NCBI GenBank assembly: GCA_003140095.1
Contig: PLIU01000248.1
Coordinates: 2,304 to 66,303 of the forward strand
Source: Verrucomicrobiales bacterium
GTDB taxonomy: Bacteria > Verrucomicrobiota > Verrucomicrobiia > Limisphaerales > Palsa-1400
Direction of reading: 5' to 3'
Length of the DNA stretch: 64,000 nt
Shown: positions 36,494 through 44,696 of the stretch, one piece after another
How positions within the stretch are numbered: position 1 is the first letter of the stretch
Layout of the letters: each line of letters opens with the position of its first letter
Program-made: the position numbers and the translations under genes
Notes under the pieces: generated by a model
The model's database searches: none
What the model saw: the letters and a program-made list of their open reading frames with translations, nothing else
Told to the model about the DNA's origin: nothing

Positions 36494-38904
36494 TCATGGT
36501 GTGCTTTTCTGCGTCCCGATGCGCAAGACAGTGAGCGAGTTGCCGGGGAAGACGTGTTGGAAGTCGGGACCTCCGAGGCTCAAGGTTTGAGTCTTCGGCG
36601 AAACTTTGTCGGGCGCGTGCAGGGAATTTTCGTCGGCCGCATTTTCCGAGCAGAGCACGATGGCTTGAGCGCTCCGAGGCAGATTGCTCGCGCCTTTGAG
36701 GTGGACGGCGGTGTCGATGCCTTCGGCGCTGGCATTGACAACCTTCAGAATCACGTCGCCAGTGTGGTCGTCATGCGACGCAGAGGCGTAGAGCGCCTTG
36801 ACGGGATCTTGGTCTGCGTAGATCACGTCATGGACCAACTGACCGTCCAGCGAGCATTTTACTCTCTTGCCACTGACTTCAACGCGGATGTCATACCAGC
36901 GCCCGGTTTGGATTGCCCGGGTTTCGGGTCAATCGTGCCGCCGTATTCAATGGCGTTCTGCGTGTTGCCCCAGCCGCCGACATTCCACCAGGTGCGGTCT
37001 TCGTCATTGGCGACGTGGAACAAAATCAGGAATCCTTCCTTGCCGCCTATTTTGCGTGCCTTGAGCGTCAGCGTGTAATCTGCCCACGACTTGTCCCCGG
37101 CAATGGCACGGACGAATTCTCTTTCGACGCTCTGCTGCAATGCGCCGTCTTTGACGGACCAATGACCGTCGCCGAGCATCTTCCAGCCATTTGAATCATT
37201 CGAGAAATCAGATGCGAGCAGGATTTTGCCGTCCGGCGCTGTGACGTGGAGGTCCTTGAATTCCGCTTCCGTGTTCCAGGTGCCGACGCCGATCATGCCT
37301 GCGAGTTTGCCTGCGACTTGAGCCAGCGGTGTATTCACTTTGACAGGCAGTACGACGTCGCCACGATTTTCGCTGAACATCTGTTGCACATAATAGCTGG
37401 GCAGGCCGTACCACCCAGAACTGTCGAAGTTGATGAGGTCGGGGTTCCACGCGCGATGATTCAAATTCACCAGCAACGGCGCGTAGCTGGCCATGATGAC
37501 TTGATCGGAATTGCGCTCGAGGCCGGTCATGAACGCGGCTTCGCCGATGGCGCCGCGCAAATTACCCTTGCCGGCGTTTTGAGTGACAGCGTATTCGCCG
37601 ACGAAAACTTTGGGGCCGGTTCGATTCTTGTGGTCATATTGGGTGGCGTGGCGCATGAACCATTCTGGAGTGTCGTAGTAATGGTCATCCACAACATCTG
37701 GCGGGCAATCGCCATAATCTCCCCAGCCATCGGCCACCAATCGCATGTTGGGATATTTCTCCTTGATGGCTTTATAGAACAGCGGCCAGCGTTCGAAATA
37801 GGCGGGACCGTTGGCATTTTCGTTGCCGATTTCCATGTAGGCCAAATTAAACGGCGCCGGATGCCCTGCTGCAGCCCGGCGTGAGCCCCAAACAGAGTTG
37901 GCCGGACCGTTGGCGTATTCAATGGCGTCGAGCGCGTCCTGGACCCATTCCCCCATGCGATCAAGAGGGACGACTTCGTGATGGGACATGCCGATGTTGA
38001 TGCAGAAAAGCGGGGTCGCGCCGAGGTCTTCGGCCATTTGCAGGTATTCGAAAAAGCCGAGGCCGTGGGTGGCCTGGTAACCCCAGATGTTCCAGAGCGG
38101 TTCGCGCACGTCGATGTTGCCAATGGTCCGCTTCCAATGATTCATGTGGGCAAAGTCATCTCCCTCTACCCAGCAGCCACCGGGAAAGCGCAGGAAGGAC
38201 GGATGCAAACGATCGAGCGATTCAGCCAGATCGGGACGAAGGCCGTGATTCTTCCACGTTTTTTCCGGTATGAGAGAAACCATGTCGAGGTAGAATGCGC
38301 CCTTGCCGGCGGTGGAGATTTGCAGGCGCGCCTTTGGATCGCTGGCGACGGGTGTCAACTCCAGTGTGTGGTAGCGCCATTCGTGGCCGAGGCCAGTGAC
38401 TTCCCTTTTGGCCAGTTCGTTGCCGGAGGCGCTGAGCATGCGCACGGTCAGCGGCCCGGAAAAGCCCTCGACGGCGCGCGCCGCGAGTTTGAAGGCGTAT
38501 GTGTCCCCTTTGATGAGGTTCATCCCCCAGTAGCCTTCGTTTTCCAAGGCGACTGAACCATCGACTGTAACACGCAGACTATGGCGATTGAATGGATTGA
38601 GGGGGCGGCTGGAATCGATAGCAATCGTGCTTTTGCCGCCATTGGCATCGGAAACCGTCCAGAAGTCGGGTTGGTCAGCATCCTCGAAGGATCGGTTGCG
38701 GACCAGTTCGGGATAGATACCGCCGTCGGCGGAAAGGTTGATATCCTCAAAGAAAATGCCCCATAAAGCGGGTGAGATAGGGTGACTTGGTTTGTCAACA
38801 TCGACCGTCAAGCTGGCTTGGGCGAAAACGCCGTAGGCGAAGGCGCCCAAGGACGCTACCAGAAGGATGAGCTTCCAGCGGGGAGTGTGCATTGCATGAT
38901 TCAT
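36494..38904 (-). pseudogene. GH51 alpha-L-arabinofuranosidase with a nested concanavalin-like (DUF1080-like) insert, interrupted by a frameshift near 36916-36921
   Basis: From the ATG at 38904: signal peptide, then ALWGIFFEDINLSADGGIYPELVRNRSFE, YMEIGNE, and SYAPLLVN...PSYYVQQMF. The upstream frame stops at 36859. The frame of ORF 36494-36838 continues as IQTGRWYDIRVEVSGKRVKCSLDGQLVHDV..., through the Alpha-L-AF C-terminal-like end. This could also be a sequencing error in the CCCGGG run. Confidence 0.8.
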
Positions 38905-39022
38905 GGTTCGTGCTTTAGTCAAAATGTTAGTTAAGCGTCTGCGATGACGCGACATCGTGCTATCAGTAATTGCGCCAATCAGCAACAAAACCCGGCTGGC
39001 ATTCGCGCCGGTGGCAAAGAAT

Positions 39023-39232
39023 CTATTGCCGCGCCTCCTGCAGGAGGATGCGGGCGAAGACCCAATCGAACCAAAAGCCTTGCGTGCCGCTGCCTGCTTC
39101 CAAATCCTTGCTGAATGTGTCTTGGATAGACTGACGACCTTGGCGGAGTTCGCTGAGTGCTTCGTCCCGCTGACCATTCTGGTACAAAGCCAGGGCGAGT
39201 TCCACGTGCGCTGTCGCCGCTCTGGGGGCATT
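39023..39232 (-). pseudogene. Possible 3' remnant of a TPR-like protein gene
   Basis: Only the last ~70 codons of ORF 39023-39403 look protein-like: AHVELALALYQNGQRDEALSELRQGRQSIQDTF...WFDWVFARILLQEARQ. There is no credible N-terminus or start. Confidence 0.25.
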
Positions 39233-39518
39233 GATTTGCGGACAGGCCACGCAGCGTCTGGACCACTCGATACTCCTCGGCGAGGCGACGCTTCGCCAAA
39301 ACGCGGTCGGTCGCCCGCAAACTTCGGCAAATATTCTTGCCATTGCTCTGGAAACGGGCATAGTAAACGCCGCTTGAAGTATATCGGAACAGATTTCGGC
39401 CACGCGGCGAAATTTGCCGTTGCGGGTATGCGCTTCAATTTACCCGTGAAAGGGAGTCGTGAAAATGAAAAATCGCAGGTTTTTATTGTTCATGTAAGTA
39501 ATTGCAGTTAAACTGGTT

Positions 39519-39594
39519 GGGGTCGTAGCTCAGTTGGTAGAGCGTCTCGTTCGCAATGAGAAGGTCAGGGGTTCGACTCCCCTCGGCTCCACCA
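39519..39594 (+). tRNA. tRNA-Ala (anticodon CGC), CCA encoded
   Basis: Manual cloverleaf: acceptor GGGGTCG/CGGCTCC with a G3:U70 pair, D arm GCTC-AGTTGGTA-GAGC, anticodon arm TCTCG-TTCGCAA-TGAGA, T arm AGGGG-TTCGACT-CCCCT. 76 nt including the 3' CCA. Confidence 0.95.
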
Positions 39595-39817
39595 CCCGAT
39601 TCTCCTAGTCGCAAGCACCTGCGAAATAAAGCCGCCGGCCACTTTCCCTTGCGATCCGGGCGCGCCTCGGCGATTATCAGCCATGAAAAGTCGCCGCGCC
39701 AGAAAGACCACGCAGGCCGAAGAATCGCAGAGCGGGAGCGAGCACGAATCCGAAAGGAGTCGGCGAAAACCGAGCCTTAGCAACCGCGGCCTTGCCGAAG
39801 GCCGCCAACGCAAGTCA

Positions 39818-41128
39818 ATGCAGAAAAACATGATGCACGATGCCACTGAGCGTTTGTCCTCTCGGGGCCGGCCCGGCGGGTGGTGGAACGTGCTTTGTTG
39901 TTTCTTTCTCCTGGTCATCTGCCCAAGGAATGGAATGGCCGCTGATTCTTGGCCTGAATTTCGCGGCCCCGGCGCTCAGGGTATCTCCACGGCGACCAAC
40001 GTTCCGGTGAGTTGGAGCGCCACCAGCAACATCGCGTGGAAAGTTGCCGTTCCCGGCAAGGGTTGGTCGTCTCCGGTGTTGGCGGGCGGTAAAATCTATT
40101 TGACCACCGCTTGTCAAACAGAGGGAAGCGGCGAAGTTTCGCTTCGCGTCATTTGCCTCAGCGCGGCCGATGGCCGGACGCTTTGGAACGTCGAGGCGAT
40201 TCATCCCGATTCTTCCGTCTTGATCCCAGGACACATGAAAAACAGCCTGGCCAGTCCAACTCCGATCATTCATGGTGACCGACTTTTCGCGCATTTCGGG
40301 CACATGGGAACAGCGTGCCTGACTCTGGATGGAAAAGTTTTGTGGCGGCAGCAGGCACTTAAGTATTCGCCGGTGCATGGCAACGGCGGCTCTCCCTTGC
40401 TCGTGGATTCCGCATTGGTCTTTAATTGCGATGGCCTGACTGATCCCTTTGTGGCGGCGTTGGATGCCAAAACCGGCAACGTAAAGTGGAAAACGCCCCG
40501 CGATACGCAAGCCAAGAAAAAATTCTCCTTCAGCACTCCGCTGTTGGTGGACCGCGGCGGCTCGAAGCAAGTGGTCAGCGCCGGAAGCGGTTTCGTGGCG
40601 GGTTATGACCCGGTTGACGGCCGCGAGCTTTGGCGGTTTCGATACGGCAATGGTTATTCAGTCGTCCCCCGGCCCGTGCTGTCGGGCGATTTGCTTTTCA
40701 TCAGTTCAGGATTTGATTTACCCATTCTGTATGCGATCAGGCTTGACCGTGCAAGTGGGGACATCTCCTCAAACAATGCCGCATGGAGATACGCCAAACA
40801 AGCGCCGAACACGCCTTCGATGCTGGTGGTGGGCCGGGAACTTTACTTTGTGTCGGATGCGGGTATTGCTTCCTGTTTGGATGCGCAAACGGGAGCGGTC
40901 CATTGGAGCGAACGACTGGAAGGCGATTTTTCCGCCTCGCCGATGTATGCGGAGGGCCGGATTTACTTTCAAAATGAAGCAGGCTCCGGTTTTGTGATCA
41001 GGGCCGGGGCCCGGTTTGAACTCATTTCAAAAAACGATTTGGGAGAGCGTTCGCTGGCTTCCTATGCCGTCGCGGACAATCAATTGTTCATTCGCACCGT
41101 TGATCATTTATGGGCCATTAGGAATTGA
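39818..41128 (+). CDS. PQQ-like / BamB-like beta-propeller repeat protein, secreted
   Basis: Signal-like WWNVLCCFFLLVICPRNGMA, then WPEFRGPG...WSSPVLAGGKIYLTT and repeated beta-propeller blades (DAKTGNVKW, DPVDGRELWRF, DAQTGAVHW). Alternative upstream ATG at 39683. Confidence 0.8.
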   Translation: MQKNMMHDATERLSSRGRPGGWWNVLCCFFLLVICPRNGMAADSWPEFRGPGAQGISTATNVPVSWSATSNIAWKVAVPGKGWSSPVLAGGKIYLTTACQTEGSGEVSLRVICLSAADGRTLWNVEAIHPDSSVLIPGHMKNSLASPTPIIHGDRLFAHFGHMGTACLTLDGKVLWRQQALKYSPVHGNGGSPLLVDSALVFNCDGLTDPFVAALDAKTGNVKWKTPRDTQAKKKFSFSTPLLVDRGGSKQVVSAGSGFVAGYDPVDGRELWRFRYGNGYSVVPRPVLSGDLLFISSGFDLPILYAIRLDRASGDISSNNAAWRYAKQAPNTPSMLVVGRELYFVSDAGIASCLDAQTGAVHWSERLEGDFSASPMYAEGRIYFQNEAGSGFVIRAGARFELISKNDLGERSLASYAVADNQLFIRTVDHLWAIRN

Positions 41129-41168
41129 ACGGTTATGCCACAAAACAGAGCCCTGGTTCCCGGCAGTC

Positions 41169-41294
41169 ACATATGGTGTTGACACCGACGCCGATGGGTT
41201 TGCCTCGTGGAGAATGGTTGTCTCGGGGGATAGCATTTATGGAGTGGCTGACAGCGGCGGAGCTGACGGAGAAGGAGCAGTATTCCGGCTCAAA
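41169..41294 (+). pseudogene. Isolated single GloVer-type repeat unit (fragment of a repeat protein)
   Basis: TYGVDTDADGFASWRMVVSGDSIYGVADSGGADGEGAVFRLK fits the DG..P...L...g..LYGtT..GG....GtvFkL unit of GloVer tandem-repeat proteins. There is no start, signal or further units. Confidence 0.3.
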
Positions 41295-41386
41295 GCTGCC
41301 CCATTTTGCACAATTTCGCCGATTTTCCTTTCGTTAGCAACCGAATTCCCCTAATATGCGGCGGTTTAATTAACGGTTACGCTTTT

Positions 41387-41920
41387 ATGAAAGACAGAAA
41401 TCAAACAAAGAAGCGATCTTCGCCGAAAGACTCCGGGAGTACTCCTGAAATTCACGTGATTTATACTCTCAGCAATACGATGGTGAACGATTCAACCACG
41501 GGCACATACACCGAAACTTTTCAATTTACAGACGGAGGTACAAAGGACTTTCGCACGCTCTGTATCACGGGAGGTGAACAGAGTATCACCTGGCTATGCA
41601 ATTACCAGTTCGTTTTGCTTTTCCCGAGCCCCCCCGGCTGCTCTAGGCGCTTCAATGTATCATCCGGAGGAATAATTCTTTATTACGGGCAAGTCCAGGG
41701 GGACTGGGCAGGCGTTCAATGCGGCCCCACGCCCGACAGCAGTGGAAACTACAAAGTTGTCCTGACGCCAATCCAAACTAGTAAGGAGGTTGGGCCATTT
41801 GGTTACACTATTATTCCTCTTGCCTACACAACCACTACGTGCATACCCAACGGGAAGGCGACGGTTAAGCCAATCGTACGCGCGACACTCACGACCTCGT
41901 CGCTCGGGGCGCGGGGGTGA
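41387..41920 (+). CDS. Hypothetical orphan protein (177 aa), lower G+C, directly upstream of the kinase gene
   Basis: ATG 41387: MKDRNQTKKRSSPKDSGS... A basic N-terminus with no obvious signal peptide, 5 Cys, and Thr/Gly-rich beta-like segments. No family recognised. It ends 40 nt before the kinase ATG. Confidence 0.45.
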   Translation: MKDRNQTKKRSSPKDSGSTPEIHVIYTLSNTMVNDSTTGTYTETFQFTDGGTKDFRTLCITGGEQSITWLCNYQFVLLFPSPPGCSRRFNVSSGGIILYYGQVQGDWAGVQCGPTPDSSGNYKVVLTPIQTSKEVGPFGYTIIPLAYTTTTCIPNGKATVKPIVRATLTTSSLGARG

Positions 41921-41960
41921 CTTTCTGTTGAATGGTTGGCCGGGCAAATCGCGCTTTTGT

Positions 41961-44108
41961 ATGGACACCGTGCGAATTTGCAAACAATGCCGGCAGCCGC
42001 TGCCTGAGAAGGCGGCAGAAGGGCTTTGTCCCCAATGCCTGGCCCAAGCCCCCTTGGGCGGCGAACCCTCCGCCGCCGAACAAAGCATCGCCCAAGAAAT
42101 CGCCGAATTGGCCCCCCACTTTCCGCAATTGGAAATCCTTGACCGGCTGGGCCGGGGCGGCATGGGGGTGGTATACACGGCTCGCCAGCCGCAATTGGAT
42201 CGCTTAGTGGCTCTGAAAATCCTGCCGATGGAGTCCCCAAAGCATCCTTCCTTTGCCGAGCGCTTCAGCCGGGAAGCCAAGGCCCTGGCCAAACTCAATC
42301 ATCCTGGCATCGTGGACGTTTATGACTTTGGCCAGACTGGCCCGTATTATTACTTCATTATGGAATTTGTGGACGGGATGAACTTGCGCCAGTTGCTCGA
42401 CAGCCAGACCGTCACGCCGCGCCAAACCCTGGAATTAGTGGTGCAGATTTGCACCGCCCTTCAATACGCACACGAGGAGGGAGTGGTCCATCGCGACATC
42501 AAGCCGGCCAACATCCTGATGAACAAAAAGGGTCAGGTGAAAATCGCCGATTTCGGCCTGGTCAAACTGCTGGGCGCCACGCCCGACACGACGTTGACCA
42601 CGTCGCAGGCCGCCATGGGGACGTTCAACTACATGGCGCCCGAACAGCGCGAAAACGCCCAAGGCGTCGATCACCGGGCCGACATTTTTTCCCTGGGCGT
42701 GGTGTTCTACGAGATGCTCACCGGCGAAGTTCCGATGGGGCGCTTCGAGCCGCCCTCCAAAAAGGCGCAGGTGGACGTGCGCCTGGATGAAGTTGTCTTG
42801 CGCGCCTTGGAAAGCGAACCGGCGCGGCGTTATCAAAGCGCCAGCGAGATCAGGAGCGGGGTGGAAGCCATAACTCGGGTTCCTGCCGGCGCCACTGCGG
42901 AAATGAAGCAGGGGCCTTGGCTGGTGCTCTTGGGCGCTGCAGCACTGATGGCCATGGCGATCTGGCTCAGACCTTACGCGCCGGCGCTACTGGACTTTAT
43001 TATCAAGCCCGGACCGGAGCGATTGGTGGCCCGGGCCAAGGAAAAACTTGAACAGTACGACTTTCCAGGCCTCCTCGACAGCGCGATTGGGGACCTGCGA
43101 ACGGCGGTCGGGCTGGATTCCAATATGACCGATGCTCATGCGTGGCTGGGTTTGGCTTACTGGAAGCGATACAAATGGAGCACAGGTAAAGAGGATCGCT
43201 CGGACGCCTTGCGCTACTCCTCCAATGCGTTGCGGTGCAACCCGGAGTCGAAGACCGGCTGGTTTGTGCAAGGGCTTGTGGAGCAGGACGAAGAGCGGTT
43301 CACCAACGCGGCGAACTCCCTGGGCCACGCCAACACCAATGCCGGATGGGATGACGGAGAAGTGCTGATCGAGCTTGCGAAGGTCTATTGGAACTTGAAG
43401 GATATGTCCAACGCACAATATTACATCCAACGTGCCAGCAACGTGCGGGATAAGCCCTGGCATTTTTTCAACAACATGGGCGACCTCGAGTTTGGCCTGC
43501 TCCATTACCCAGACGCGGAAACAAACTTCCACGAGGCCATCAAAAGGGCGCACGACAGCCCGAAAGCATGGTTTAATCTGGGCGTGGCTATCCTAAATCA
43601 GACCAACCGGGATATCGAGGAGGCTTTAGCTTGCTTCCAAAAGTCACTGAGCTACGCAGCCACCGACGATGGATACTGGGCTCGCGGGGAATATTACCTG
43701 CAAATCGACAACTGGCTGGCTGCGGCCGCCGATTTCGAGACGGCGGCTGAGCTTAATCCATACAGGTACAATTATCCCGGACTTGCGGGTCTTGCGCTCA
43801 TGCACCTGCCGGAGAAGAAAGGCGAGGCCAGGGAACATTTGAGCAAGGCCCTGCTTAAGGTGCAATCGCGGCTCAAAGACACCTGGGACCCCTTGGCGGC
43901 GGCCAACTGCGGCCTCTATCAAGCCGCGCTGGGACAAGCCGCCGACGCCTACGATACGCTCCAGCGGGCCATGAAATTATCCCCAAGCACCCAACTAGTC
44001 AGGGACAATATCGTAGCGGGGGCAGACCTCCTTGACGCGTTGTACCACCTTCCAGCCGAGGCCGCGCACCTCCGGCAATTGCTCCCAGAAAAGGATGATC
44101 ACCTTTGA
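41961..44108 (+). CDS. Ser/Thr protein kinase with an N-terminal zinc-ribbon, one TM helix and C-terminal TPR repeats
   Basis: From ATG 41961: CKQCRQPLP...GLCPQCL, GRGGMGVVYTA, VALK, HRDIKPANIL, DFGLVK and MAPEQ. TM helix WLVLLGAAALMAMAIWL. TPR-like units (AHAWLGLAYWKR, AWFNLGVAIL...). Confidence 0.9.
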   Translation: MDTVRICKQCRQPLPEKAAEGLCPQCLAQAPLGGEPSAAEQSIAQEIAELAPHFPQLEILDRLGRGGMGVVYTARQPQLDRLVALKILPMESPKHPSFAERFSREAKALAKLNHPGIVDVYDFGQTGPYYYFIMEFVDGMNLRQLLDSQTVTPRQTLELVVQICTALQYAHEEGVVHRDIKPANILMNKKGQVKIADFGLVKLLGATPDTTLTTSQAAMGTFNYMAPEQRENAQGVDHRADIFSLGVVFYEMLTGEVPMGRFEPPSKKAQVDVRLDEVVLRALESEPARRYQSASEIRSGVEAITRVPAGATAEMKQGPWLVLLGAAALMAMAIWLRPYAPALLDFIIKPGPERLVARAKEKLEQYDFPGLLDSAIGDLRTAVGLDSNMTDAHAWLGLAYWKRYKWSTGKEDRSDALRYSSNALRCNPESKTGWFVQGLVEQDEERFTNAANSLGHANTNAGWDDGEVLIELAKVYWNLKDMSNAQYYIQRASNVRDKPWHFFNNMGDLEFGLLHYPDAETNFHEAIKRAHDSPKAWFNLGVAILNQTNRDIEEALACFQKSLSYAATDDGYWARGEYYLQIDNWLAAAADFETAAELNPYRYNYPGLAGLALMHLPEKKGEAREHLSKALLKVQSRLKDTWDPLAAANCGLYQAALGQAADAYDTLQRAMKLSPSTQLVRDNIVAGADLLDALYHLPAEAAHLRQLLPEKDDHL

Positions 44109-44139
44109 TGCCGCAGTTAATCACCCCGTCTCTAACTAG

Positions 44140-44669
44140 CTGTTAGCTAGAGAGTCCCTCAAAGAGATACCCAAGCATCAGCCCGACATCGTGTTGATGG
44201 ATCATTCAACTGCCTGATATCTCCGGCATTGAATGCACAGCTCAAACAACTGTTGCCTTCGGTCCAGATCAGCATGGTCACTGTGTATGAAGACACCGAA
44301 GGCATATTCAAGGCGTTGCGTGCCGGCGCTTGCGGGTACCTTTTGAAGCATTGCACCCCCGAAGAACTCGTTTCCGCCATTCGCGAGGTTCGACATGGCG
44401 GCGCGCCCATGTCACGGGAAAATGCCCGCAAGGTTATCCTCTCCTTCCAGGAACCGGTGGCCGCCACGGCGGAAGTGGAAGGTCTTTCTCCTCGAGAACG
44501 CGAAATCCTTGAATTGGTGGCAGCGGGTCTGCCAAACAAGGAGATCGCCACGCGCGCCTGCCTGACCGACGGCGCCGTGCGCTGGCATATCCGGCATGTT
44601 TACTACAAACTTCATGTCCGCTCACGAACCGAGGCCGCTCTCAAATTCTTGACGTCCCGGACGGATTAG
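44140..44669 (+). pseudogene. NarL/FixJ (LuxR-HTH) response regulator, N-terminally truncated and frameshifted
   Basis: Receiver pieces lie in three frames: ARESLKEIPKHQPDIVLMD, IQLPDISGIECT, and (ORF 44229-) AQLKQLLPSVQISMVTVYED...GACGYLLK. The LuxR HTH is intact: LSPREREILELVAAGLPNKEIA...VRWHIRHVYYKLHV. The first ~40 receiver residues are absent. Confidence 0.65.
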
Positions 44670-44696
44670 CTTTGGGGGGATTTTGGACCCATCTAG

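Noticed and set aside
36905-36930. Programmed ribosomal frameshift in the GH51 gene
   Set aside because: There is no slippery heptamer or downstream structure. The shift lies in a CCCGGG run typical of indel error or mutation, so pseudogene or sequencing error is more parsimonious.
38905-39438. N-terminal 178 codons of the 859-aa ORF 36859-39438
   Set aside because: The sequence is Arg/Ser/Pro-rich with no motifs. A clean signal peptide and the GH51 N-terminus begin at the internal ATG 38904, so the upstream extension is treated as non-coding.
44128-44145. Multi-frame stop palindrome TAACTAGCTGTTAGCTAG as an engineered cassette scar
   Set aside because: It is a single short element with no flanking vector, transposon-end or marker sequence. 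It cannot be distinguished from a natural deletion junction.
39519-44696. Integrated genomic island at tRNA-Ala
   Set aside because: There is no integrase or recombinase and no convincing direct repeat of the tRNA 3' end. The remaining evidence is only compositional patchiness and gene fragments, so it is reported as a hotspot rather than a mobile element.
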